From: Xylographa opegraphella
Lineage: Eukaryota
Length of the DNA stretch: 64,000 nucleotides
Direction: 5' to 3'
Assembly (NCBI GenBank): GCA_022813865.1
Contig: JALDZX010000004.1
Location: 248,001-312,000 of the forward strand
Shown here: positions 12,332 to 23,591 of the stretch, piece by piece
How positions within the stretch are numbered: position 1 is the first letter of the stretch
Layout: each line of letters begins with the position of its first letter
Made by a program: the position numbers and the translations under genes
Notes under the pieces: model-generated
Databases searched by the model: none
Seen by the model: only the letters and a program-made list of their open reading frames with translations
Told to the model about the DNA's origin: nothing

Positions 12332-13628
12332 GGTTGATGGCTGTGTGGAAGAACGTGAGGAGGTGGTGTTCGTGTCGTTCCTTTTGATTCTTTAGAGGTA
12401 ATGAGCGAGCGATGTCTGAAAGCTTTCCAATCTTCGTCAGAGAACCGGATGGGTGGAAATGCTGCAAAGTCGGCGTCGTAAGCAAAGCAGACCTTGATTA
12501 CTTGCGGATCTTATGCGTCGCAATTGTTGGACTTCCAGTGAGGTAAAGGCTCAAGCATCAAGTATCCTGTTTAACGAGGTGGAAAGAGCGTTCCAACCTC
12601 ACCAGCAAACGAGCAATGGGTGCACTAGAAGGCTCGAGTGAGAACCGTCGTGTAGCGAGAGACCTGTAGCGACTCAATAAAGAAGGTGGAAGATATGCGC
12701 TGTGCTTGCGTAACGACCGTTGAAGATGAAAATTGTCGTACGCTGCGCTGTGTGTAAGATCAGGGTGATGGATGTGTACCTTAGGGGGCGTTCGCGAATC
12801 CGGTCAAGCGCCGAGCCGGCTTTTTCCAACAGTGTCTAAAATTAAACCTACAGCAGTACTAATCCTAATGGGGCACTTGACTAAAATCAGTCTCATGGCT
12901 TGGCGAGGTATTCTTGCCTAAACAGGTCTATCAAGCCGGTTTACAAAACGCCAGCAAAAGAACCTGAATGATCACAGGAGAGCAAATACAAGAGCATAAC
13001 ATCACAGAAATGGCTACGACTAAGGACGTCAAGACTCTCTAGGTACGTAGTACATGGGCCCAGGTCAGCACTGTCGTCCGATATGTAAACGCCGCAGCAG
13101 TACTCATTACAGGCCGTGCTGCACGTAGCCGTAATTGCTAATATCCATAACATCAATGTATCAACCGCATCAGTAACGAGACTGTGGTCGAAGTGACGAT
13201 TGCGTATTGGATGAGATGAGGCTCTTGGCTTCCTGCCAAACACGGGATTTCGCCCATGCTTTTACTTACTTGGTCCTCGAAAAAGCAATCTACCACTTAG
13301 TCGATGGCCGAGTAGTCGGTGCTCAATCCAGTCTGTATAAGATCTCAAGTGCAAATTGTAACACGCCATGGTTTTTCTCCCCTCCCCCGGGCTTGTGTCA
13401 TGTCTCGGCTTTGCAAATCCTGCAGGTTCGATGTCGGGGTCAGGACAACTCTGAAGAATTGGTTGGGTTCAAATCAAGGTTGAAGTCTTCCTGAACAAAA
13501 AAGTTCGGATGAGGTTGCAACAGCAGCATGATACCATAACCATTAACATTAACCCTACCAATACCCAACCTTACCTCATAACCCATAATCATAGCACATG
13601 ATCCCACAACCCACCCCCACCCCTACCC

Positions 13629-14773
13629 CTACCCCATCCACCTCCCCCTCCTCCTCCCCACCCCCTCCCTCCCGACCTCAATCCCCCACTCCCCCTTCCC
13701 CCTCCTCTCCTCCGCCCCCCTCACATCCACCTCCCTCTCGACCTCCCTCTCCGCCCACTTCTCCGCCCACAACCGATCACAACTGCCCTCAATAGTCCCA
13801 CACCCCGCCAAATGAACAACGAGGTCCCCCGCCCGCCACATCATGCCCCTTGCCTCCTCCTCGCTCTTGCCGCTCAACCACCCGGGCCCATCGACCCCGC
13901 GCTCGCGCTCGTCGCGGCTCGTCGGGTAGGCGTTGAGGGCGCGCTGGCGCACGACGCCGACGCCGCGGCGGACGGGCTCGTGCTGCAGCATGAGGTGCAG
14001 CAGGGCGTCCTGCTCCTTGAAGACCCACCCTTCGGCGACGAAGGCGCCGTCGGTCCACATCTCCAGCACCCAGTCGGCCCACGGACCGCGCCTGAGCGCG
14101 AAGCTGCCCGTGTTGATGCCGAACATCTCGTCCTGTGTCACCAGCATCTGCAGTGCGCCCGCGTCCAGCGTGCGCGCATCCTCCCACCCGCTGATGAGCC
14201 GCGTCGGGAACGAGACGTTGTGCTCCGTCGGGCCGATGATGCCGCGGATGGGCGTCCCGGCCGGCAGGAGCAGAGAGGGGAGCGTGGTGGGCGAGAGGAG
14301 CTCGTGGAGGGGGAGGGAGGGCGTCATGATCAGGGCGTCGAGGTCGAGCCACCATAGCCAGGTGGCGGATGGGTAGGCGGCGAAGGCGGCGTGGAGGATG
14401 GGGATCTTGGACCAGTGCGGCGTCTGGGCGTCGGGAACGGGGAAGGCGGAGATGTTGGCCCAGAGGAAGTCGTAGCCTAAGGGGGAAGCGCATTAGAGGA
14501 GAAAGTGGAAGGTAAATGCGGCTCGGGGGGGCGTGCGAGAGAGAGGAGGGCAGACGAACCATGGCGCTGCGCGTAGGAGGCCCGGTTGCGGAAGACCTTC
14601 TCCTTGAAGTCGGGTAGTTTACCGATGCTGCCGCCATCGTTGCTGGCGAGGATGACGACGATGTCGGAGCCGCCGGCGCCAGAGATGCTGCGTGTCGTGG
14701 ACCACAGCGCAAGGATGGTGAGCCAGGCCAGGACAGTCAGAAGGATGCGTAGGGGAGAGAAAGAGACGAGCAT
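13629..14773 (-). CDS. Glycosyltransferase family 34 (GMA12/MNN10-like), type II membrane
   Basis: N-terminal TM segment. NRASYAQRHG|YDFLW spans intron 14559..14477. Also WSKIPILH, the WLWWLDLDALIM DXD motif, GINTGSF, KEQDAL and DLVVHLAGC. Confidence 0.9.
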
Positions 14774-16578
14774 GCTTGCAGAGGATGAGAGATGGGAGGA
14801 GAGGAGGTGAGAGCAGAACAATGTTCTGTTGCCATGCAAGGGGTGGCAACGACAGTGGTGAGCAGAAAACAAGCGGGATTGGCGGTTTTTCTTGAAGAGG
14901 GCGCGTTACGAGCCTGCCAAGCAGAGCCCGTATCGCGGTGGGGAGGGGATTGGACGAGACGGATTACTGTACATGTGAAAAGCTGTGCTTATGTGGACTG
15001 AGAAAGATGATCACGAGCAAGGCTGTGCCGAGACAGGTGATTCTGTCGCAATGATGGGAAGAGGACAGGATCGAGGGTGTTGTACATAAAGTATAAAATG
15101 CCTGTCACAACCACTTACACAAACACAAAAGAGGAAAGAAAAGCCCACCGTCTGGGCCTTTAATCGGCTCCATCGAGCACCGAAGAATGGCTGACCGAGA
15201 GCGTGCGATAAGGCAGTTCAGATGAATGACGCTTTTTGCTCCCAGTGGTCAATGCGCGCATCTGCAGCCTGCAACTCCCGAATCTTTCGATGTGCATATG
15301 TGGACGGGTGGCTACCTGAAGGTACCTTGCACTTCATCCTTCATCTCCAAGGGCCTAATACCCCCACGGTCATGCTCAGATGGTCTGATACGGACCATTA
15401 ATCAACTGCAGTAGCACCATCGCTATATCGCAACGAAACCCTCAACACCGTTCCCATAATCCCGCCGACCAGTGCATCACGGCGTGCCTCCTGCCGCCAC
15501 GGTCGTTTTATCATCCGCATAAAAACCCCTCGCAGAGAGCGCATCGCAGCGCTCTTGTTCCTTGCGTGCTGAGCGCTTCTGTCCAGCTGTTCGTGTGGTG
15601 TTAGCGCAACCTCGTCGATGCGATAATACAGGGCCACTCGTCTGCGCAGGCTTATGACGGAGCTCTCAAGTCGTATGGTGTAGAGATTCGTGCGATCAGA
15701 CGAGAACGCCGAAGGAATTTGAGGGAGTCGTGCTTATCCATTTCACGCTTGGAGTGACACCCAGTGTACCAATAATGAATCTCAGCCTACATACCTCTCC
15801 ACAGTAGCAGATAGGCACACATGGCCAAAACCATAGCGCCGCCAAAGCCAAACATCACGCCGATCTCTTGACCGATAGACGGAGGGGGAGTAAAGGGAGG
15901 TGTGTGGACGGTCGACATGTTGAAGGACTCGATGCGTATGCTTCAGTCTTAGTGCTGTTCCTGCGATGGGCTGGGGGACCGGTAGATTTTGATATAGCTA
16001 ACTGTTACCATCATGTTAGAGTGTGCGAAATGAGGAAGGCGCGAATGCAAAGCACAAGAATTTTATTCGGTCGAATGTGTAACAAACCAGTTGTCGACAA
16101 TGTTACGACGGGGTATCTTTTACCTAAACTTGCGCCGAGCCTGATCCTTTCCCTTTTCCTATAGTAAGGCCTGTGGAAAACAGATCTCTGCTTCAAAAAG
16201 CTGCTTCAAAATCTTGGTGGTACGGATGAAAATATACACAGAGCAAGTGGACTTTTCAACAGCTTACTCCGTACACTCCGCAGAAGCAGGTCTCGAGCTG
16301 GGGACACTGAGGGGAAAGCGCCAAGTCCGGGGTAGTGCCTTCATGCACAATGACGTGAGTCTAGGTAGTGCTGATTGGTATCAGATCTTACCTATTTAGG
16401 CAAGGTAAGATACCGCAAGGTTCCCGCCTCGGGGATTGCACGAAATATCTAGCCCCAAATGTATTCTGTATGCCTTGGATATAGAACTGTACAACTCGAT
16501 CGAGGCCCGGACATATCCTCAAGACCACCACAAACATTATTGCGATGGCGCCACCAGGCACCTTCCGCACCACGACCC

Positions 16579-18180
16579 TTAAGAACCGCAAGCCGGAGTG
16601 GAGAACCCAACACTCCACTTCAAGCTCCCCATGATGATAACCAGCAGCCCCAGAGCGACCCCCACGCTCGCCGCTCCGTAGACGTACGCGTGTCTTCTGC
16701 GCAAGCCTTTCAGTTCCGACACCCAGGTGCTCACAGTCGTCAGGCAGCCGCAGAAGCCGTCCATCAGACCCTGGAGCACTTGACATCCCACCAGTCCCCC
16801 ACCGATCAGCCCGGCGGATGTCCCGCCAAGAGGCGCGTGCTGGAGGACGTAGAACATCCCGAGCATTGCTGTGCCGAAGGTGTTCACGGTGAAGGTTCCC
16901 AGTGGGAAGGACGCTATGCGCCCGTTCAAGCGGAGGGACAGGTAGAAGCGTAGGAGGCACCCGAGCGGGGCGAAGACGAGAGCGTATATTACTTCCCCTC
17001 GCCATGTCTCTTGAGCCCATGATGTGTGGGCTCCGGTAGGCCCTCCAGGTCGATCCGGCGGCCATATGGATAGGAGAATTGCGCCAAGCCACGTGCCGAA
17101 TGCCAGGACGACCGTGATCCGGTCGACGAATTTACGGCCGAGGTAGAATGGTATACTGGGAGTTATTGGTTCAAGAGCTATGGCGAGATGGGCGCCACAC
17201 TGGAGACCCCCGAGACAGAGTGTCAAGGTAAGGATAATGACTGCGAGGAGAGCCATAAAGTCATAGCCGCCGCTACGAGCGACCATCGACGACGGATTGA
17301 TGGGCGCGGAGGAAGTCTGCGAAACCGGGACTTTGAGCGAGTTCGACAGAGCGAAGAAGACATCGCGGATGAAGGAAGAGAAAGAGGTCAAAGACCCGCA
17401 GAAGCCGGTAGCCAGGCCAATGTAGAGGGGGATCGTTTTCTTGACCGAGCCATGCTTCTTCTTCGCCGCTTTTGCATCCTCCTCCGATTCTTTTTCCCGC
17501 TCGGACTTGTTGCCTAGTTCCTCGTCCTTCCGTCTAGCTTTGTCACGAGGGCCCCATTCTTCTTGGAATAGTTTGCGGTCTTCAGACAGGAAGCCCATGA
17601 CGAGACTGCCAGCAAAATTGGCCCACAAGACAGAGGTCTGGACGGGAGCGCCAGGGTAGAACGTGAGAGCCTGAAGACCAAGGCGAGCCAGGGTACCCAA
17701 GATGGAGAAGAGTATCAAGTAGGAAAACGTATAGAGTTTCGTGGCAAGCTTCGAAGCACGTTCCCGACGTGGTGAACGTTGCTGCTGATTCTCCTTCTCT
17801 TCTGCCTTGTCAACAGAAGTGGAAGTTGAATTCTCCGCTGACGGGGGTGTATTATGTCCCGAATCTATCGGCGGAGGTGCGGTAAACTCCGTAAGGTTCT
17901 CATCGCCCGCCCTATCGATGCCCGTTGCTCTTCTCTTTGCCCACGCGCCTTGCCGCTCCTCCAAGCTGTCTCGTCGGCGGAAGGGCCGTTCCTCTACACT
18001 ATCATATCCCACAGGACGAAGCTGGCCCTCCCTGCTGTTGCTTCTTGATTGCTCCAGGGACGCATGACGGTAGAATCTTCGCTCATGGGGATTCTCCACT
18101 GGCGAAGGACCGGCTATCTCATCGAGGTTACCGTAGCGGTCGGGAACTGTATAATCTTCCTCTGCTCCTTCTGAGTCCAT
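16579..18180 (-). CDS. FEX1: FEX-type fluoride exporter (two fused CrcB/Fluc domains)
   Basis: 533-aa intronless ORF with two Fluc signature motifs, GFCGSLTSFSSF and GFCGCLTTVSTW, plus GTLARLGL and FPLGTFTVN, and many TM segments. Confidence 0.92.
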   Translation of the reverse strand: MDSEGAEEDYTVPDRYGNLDEIAGPSPVENPHERRFYRHASLEQSRSNSREGQLRPVGYDSVEERPFRRRDSLEERQGAWAKRRATGIDRAGDENLTEFTAPPPIDSGHNTPPSAENSTSTSVDKAEEKENQQQRSPRRERASKLATKLYTFSYLILFSILGTLARLGLQALTFYPGAPVQTSVLWANFAGSLVMGFLSEDRKLFQEEWGPRDKARRKDEELGNKSEREKESEEDAKAAKKKHGSVKKTIPLYIGLATGFCGSLTSFSSFIRDVFFALSNSLKVPVSQTSSAPINPSSMVARSGGYDFMALLAVIILTLTLCLGGLQCGAHLAIALEPITPSIPFYLGRKFVDRITVVLAFGTWLGAILLSIWPPDRPGGPTGAHTSWAQETWRGEVIYALVFAPLGCLLRFYLSLRLNGRIASFPLGTFTVNTFGTAMLGMFYVLQHAPLGGTSAGLIGGGLVGCQVLQGLMDGFCGCLTTVSTWVSELKGLRRRHAYVYGAASVGVALGLLVIIMGSLKWSVGFSTPACGS

Positions 18181-18441
18181 TGAATGACGGTGAAGCAGGA
18201 TTATGCATGTGCCTCGAATGATTGAGGTGCGCCGGAGACCTCGATAGCATGCTCATTATCGCACTGATTTGTATTTCAGCCAACCACACTTATCGGCGCG
18301 CACGACGGCATCAACGTCACAGGTTGACGCTAGACTGTACAGGGAAGAGTATTCATATCTCAAAGATGGTACACATATCAATTCAAAGCGGCACACCTTC
18401 CAGCCTTAAAGCCACCCCTCCCCACCAGATAAGATAAACGG

Positions 18442-18509
18442 CAAACATCCCGCATCAAACATCCCGCATCAAACATCCCGCATCAAACATCCCGCATCAA
18501 ACATCCCGC
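18442..18509. repeat. 14-bp tandem repeat CAAACATCCCGCAT, 4 perfect copies plus 12 of 14 nt
   Basis: Read directly in the FEX/UPRT divergent intergenic region. Overlapping GATAAGATAA precedes it at 18428. Confidence 0.95.
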
Positions 18510-18632
18510 CAAACCCTCACAGCTCCCAGCTGCCATACCTTTCTCCAAAGAGTACCCAACAACCCTTCCTCACCACGACCTCTCCTCTCTCCCTCTCCCT
18601 TCACTCACGCTCCCCACCCCTCTCCCGCAAAA

Positions 18633-19473
18633 ATGCCCACCACCCTCTTCCCCCCCTCCGTGCACGTCTCCCAACACCCCTGCCTGCAAGCCAAGCTCTC
18701 GCAGCTGCGCTCCAAAGACACCAACGCCCGCGACACGAAAGCGCTCGTGCACGAGATCGCCCTCATCCTAGGCTGCGAGGCCCTCGCCACGGGCCTGCGC
18801 ACGGAGTCCAGCGGTACGGTGAGCCGCGACGCGCAAGACGGCGCCGCGCCCCCCCTTCCTCTCAAACCCCCTTTAACAAACCCCCCACCCCTCTCTTTTT
18901 GCCATTCAGTATACAATACGCACGAGCGAACGAGAAAGAGAGAGCGCTAACAACCCCCCCCCTCCGCCCCACAGGATGAAACCCCCCTCGGCTACACCTA
19001 CACGCCCACGCACATCCGCCCCACACGCATCTCCCTCGTGCCCATCCTCCGCTCCGGCCTTGGCATGGTAGACGGTACCGTCCCCCCCCGTCCCCACCCC
19101 CATCCACCACCTCGGCCTATTCCGCGAACCCACGACCCTCCAACCGGTCGAATACTACAACAACCTGCCCTACCATGCCACACGCCCCACCGACGACGCG
19201 GACGACCACCTCGCCATCCTAGTCGACCCCATCATCGCCACGGGCGGCACCGCCGTCGCCGCCATCCAGACCCTGCGCGAGTGGGGCGTCTCGCGCATCC
19301 TGCTGCTGGCCGTGCTGGGCAGTGAGAGCGGCGTGAGGCGCGCGGCCGCGGAGTGGGAGGCCGGCGTGCAGGTGTGGGTTGGGGGCGTGGATGGCGGGTT
19401 GGATGCCAGGGGGATGATTAGGCCGGGGGTGGGCGATGTGGGGGATCGCTTGTTTTTGACGAGGGGGAAGTGA
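18633..19473 (+). CDS. FUR1: Uracil phosphoribosyltransferase; frame broken at about 19075-19090 (assembly collapse or pseudogene)
   Basis: Motifs HPCLQAKLSQLR, LVPILRSGLGMVD, HHLGLFREPTTLQPVEYYNNLP, the PRPP motif ILVDPIIATGGTA, and IRPGVGDVGDRLF. Intron 1 is canonical. The second donor (GTACCG, 19075) has no acceptor. Confidence 0.88.
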
Positions 19474-20419
19474 GGGTGGGGAGGAAGCGGGCTTGGGGAA
19501 GGTGCGGGAGATGCTTGGGGGGGGAAGGAGGTCCGGATGTGGGAGCGTTGTGGCCACTCCGGCGAGGGGAGTGTGTGGATGCCGGCGGGGGTGTAAGATA
19601 GTTCTACTTCTCCCCTTGGGGTGGGACGAAAGCACCAATATTCTACCCTCACCGTCAACATGCGTTCACCCCACTGCAGAGGGAAGAGCTAGAAGAATCG
19701 TTACGGCAGCAGACAACCACCCTGAGTAGCGATACGGCACAGGAGCCAATCTCACCACTGTAGCCAACTCATACCGAGCAGCCAAACCCTTTTCAGAACC
19801 GCTGTAGTGATTATGAGCAGCTACATACATACATACATATTCGATTAAGCTCTAAGCTAATATACAGATCCCACCCTCGGGCAAAGCCATCCACCCTCCC
19901 CAAAACCGGACCCGCTCTGCCACACCCTCATCCACCCCATGCTTTTCCCCGTTCTCCCCTCCCCCCCGAGTCCGAAAAGCACAAGGCACCCCGAACGAGC
20001 CTGGGGAGCCCGACAAACGCACCGATAAGCGAACAGGTATATCTCAGAAGCAGATGGATTAAAGATGCTAAGGTCATTATTTGGATGACGACGTGTACGA
20101 GGTCACGGCGTGTAGGCCCTCCATTTCTCTGTGCGCCAGAGCGGCGGAGAAAGGAAAAGCACCGAAAAAGGGAAGCACGAGGGTCTGGCTGGCCGGTCGG
20201 GACCCACCCCTGAAAGGGACTCGTCCTCTATCCCTTCGTCGATCCTGGGTGTGCAAGAATCCAGCGAGCCTGAGGCCGGCGTCCGGAAAAGGAATCAGAA
20301 AAGCAGACGCTCGTGCTGCCGCTATCGTGTCGGTACGAGAGCAAATTGGTATCAGTCTATTTGTACAGAAGATTGAGAGGAGAATCGTAGAGATCGTAAA
20401 CGACATCGTCGGATGCCGA

Positions 20420-23132
20420 TCAGTAAACTGTGGTTTCCATATCGAGCTCCTGTGCGGCTTGGGACGACATGGCGGGAGTACTTCCGCTGGTGCCGGACGT
20501 TGCATCTTCCTCGTAACCTACAAGCGCCAGGGAATGCAGCTTGAACGATTCACCCATGAGCTTGGTGATCCTGTGGATGATTAGCATGAGCTCCAATGCA
20601 GAAAGGTGCAGTAATGCTTACCCCCATACAACAACCTCATCCAGCATACTTCCCCAGAGTCGAGCTACTGTCGAGCTGAGCTTCGATCCATATACGTCAA
20701 TCGAGTCGTCGTCGAATAAGTTTCGAATCTTGTTATACATTGCAAGCTCCTCTTCCGTGGCAGGTTCGTCGTCATGCTCCAGGCGATATAGCCAGAGACT
20801 GAGAATCACCATGAGGTCAAGACCACAGAGGGGATGTTCAACACTCCAGTTGGTCGCACAAGTCCGACCAACCCATTTGATGCCTTGGAGAGCTACGATC
20901 TCGATACAGTCAAAGCATTGTTGAATGACTTTGATCATTTCCTGTGATCTCCGAACCTTGTCTCGTGCTGTAGACATGGCCGCAGCAACCTCGTAGGAGT
21001 CATGGTACCGTAAGGCTTCTTGGATCGATTTCAGGTCCACCTCCAGACGGGCCCTGGTGTTGCGGTATACGGCCATCGCATTGAAGATCAGAGGATGACC
21101 CTTGTGAGGGGCACTAAGCTGGACGACGATTGTCTCTGACTCGCAGAACTCCAGTGACTTCTCCCACGTCTCAAGTGCGAGACGAAGCTTGTACTCGGTG
21201 ACGACGTCTTGAAGTGCCTCGAAGCTTCGTTTATGGTTCCAAACCTCGAGGAAGAGCGCGTTGATCATGACTCGAGTTGCGAACGCACTGTATCTGACGG
21301 CTTCTCCCTGAAACAGGCTATCGTGGGCTTCGCGGACAGTGACGACGGTGGATGCTGCGAGACTATCTCGCCAGGACTGTTCATCTGAAACTTCCAGATT
21401 CCACAATGACTCTGACGAAGGCAGTTCAAGCGACTCGAAGTCCGCAAAACTGATGGCTGGAGTATGATTGTAGGTCAATGTAAGCATCCCGAAGAAAATA
21501 TACACAGCGTAATAGGTACGTCGACATTCCTCGTCTTCGATCCACTCCGAGTGACTCGGCCGAGTCCCTCCACGAGCGTCCGTACGATGTCTAAGTTCAT
21601 AATGATTACCAGCGACCATCTGCATTAAATTAGCAACACTCTCGGCCTATCTGATGGAATAACTTACATTAGCAAGCAGACTCTTGATCGAACAAGCCCA
21701 CTCCAGTCCTTTGGCATCACCACTCCAGCTTGCGAAAATCATGTTGAGTAACGTGCTCTGCATCGTCCACAATGGGCACTTCCGGGAGCTGAAACTCTCT
21801 TTGTTTTGTAGGAACTGATTTACGAGGAGCTTCGATCCGATATGCAGCATATAGGCTTGCTCCTGATTGAAGACGTAGAGCGCACCGATCGAAAGCACGG
21901 CCAAGAGCAGCGGAGAGTCGACCTCGGTCGGTTTGAACGACTCTGGATGCAGGAACGGTAGATGATGATGAAAGAGATTGAAATATGTACTCAAGAAATC
22001 GTTGACGTGGGCGCGGCTGGGTAGGTTGACCGAGTTCGGCATCGAATGTTCACCATCGTACTTGTGGATTCGCTCCAATATGATGTTGTAGTCGCTGTCG
22101 GACAGGACCTGAGGAGCTTTCGGGGACGTGAGCGCTTGACTGGGACCGGGCGACCTCCGATAGTCTACGGGAGACACGGGTCCCATGAGAAACGGGAAGG
22201 GCGAGAGGCCATTGCCGTTCGGTGTCGCTGAGCCTGACACCGGCATCGAGTGGTTCATCGAGTGAAGAGCCGGAGCGAGCGTGTCGCCGGCGGAGGGATA
22301 GCGTTCCATGAGCGGAGGAAGTTGATGGGGGTGAGGCTGCATGGTGCTGGCACTCGGAAAGGAAAGCTGCGAGGTTTGAGAATCTTGAGAACCAGAGATG
22401 CTGGAGATAGAATGGGCTTTGGGTTCATTTACCGACTGTGTCATGAATGTATCCCACGGCATCGGGTTCATCGATCCTGAATTCGACAGGTACGGGACGG
22501 AGGTATCGAAGAGAGTGGTATGATCCGGAGAGTACGGGGTGGAGACGTCGTCCAGGGAGGCATCGCCGTGGGCCATGGCTTGGGCCGTAGCTTGGTGACG
22601 AAAGTCGGTTATCAACATTGCGGCAGTTTCGGTATCTAGCATACCGTCGCTGCTTGCTTCCATCTGCTCCAACGTCGCGGTGTCCAACGCGATCGATGGC
22701 TTCGTCGGGACCGACGAGGGCGAGGTTTTTGCGCCCGACCGTCTCTTGACTTCGCTGACGAGCGGCACTCCTCCATCTTTGGCGTGCACGGTCCGGTCGT
22801 GTCGCAACAGCAGGTCTCGGCGGACGAAGGTGCTTCGACACTTCATACATTTGAAAGGACGTTCCTTGGTATCTGCAAAGTGGGGAGGTTCACCGGTTAG
22901 CCAGGCTCCTTTTTCCACGACCCCGCCACGAGCGCATGAACTTCCACTTCCATCACTTCGACCCCACATTGACTAAAGAGTAAACAAACTTACGCGACCT
23001 CTCGTGTCGACTGCGATGTTCGCTCCGGCTGAACGCTCGACTGCAGAACTGGCACTTGTACTTCTTCTCGGGCGCGGCCACGGCCTTCTTGGGCGCTGCC
23101 GGCGAAGCGGTCGAGGCGGCTGCTGCGGGCAT
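20420..23132 (-). CDS. C2H2 zinc-finger transcription factor with fungal-specific TF domain (AmdA/Klf1-like), 4 exons
   Basis: ATG at 23132. Two fingers YKCQFCSRAFSRSEHRSRHERS|HTKERPFKCMKCRSTFVRRDLLLRHDRTVH span intron 22993..22873. Also YFNLFHHHLPFLH and WIEDEECRRTYY. Last exon ends ETTVY* at 20420. Confidence 0.92.
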
Positions 23133-23563
23133 CGTGGTGACTTCAGGCTGCCGATGATGCCGGTGGGACGGTCGAGGAGCGGTTCCTCCAGTGACACGGT
23201 CAAGACGGATGATCCGAAGAGGGGCGGAAATGGAAGTGAGGTTGATGCTCGCACGGTGAGAGTGCTTCTGCTCGGTCGGTGGATGGTGGGCGATTTCATT
23301 CGGGCTCCGGCAAGCTAGTGACTTTCTCGGCTACGGGGAGAGGGATTAGCGAGGGTGCGATAGATGCGTGATGTGTTGCGCAAGATGTTATTCGGTGTGA
23401 AGAGAGGTTAACATTTCAGTGACTCGGTCGAGAAGGTAGGTGGGGTGTCTATACTGGTCCAGGGAGAATGTTTGTGGATGATGAAAGTGGGCTGGAGGGG
23501 AAGGAGGAAGAGAGGGGGGCAATTTTGGGGCACGAAGATCGCGAAATGATACTTGGTAAAAGG

Positions 23564-23591
23564 NNNNNNNNNNNNNNNNNNNNNNNNNNNN
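23564..23591. other. Assembly gap (28 N)
   Basis: Run of N flanked by G- and C-run-rich sequence. Confidence 1.

Noticed and set aside
13789..14712. Long alternative-frame and antisense ORFs over GC-rich genes (also over vac8, FEX, cyclin, RPC4)
   Set aside because: Shadow ORFs caused by high GC and codon bias of the real genes.
18181..18440. Fluoride (crcB) riboswitch upstream of FEX
   Set aside because: No match by eye to the bacterial consensus, only a short hairpin at 18308-18330. The motif is not established in eukaryotes. An Infernal search with the Rfam crcB/fluoride model would settle it.
18442..18509. CRISPR-like array
   Set aside because: The repeats are head-to-tail with no spacers, in a eukaryotic context.
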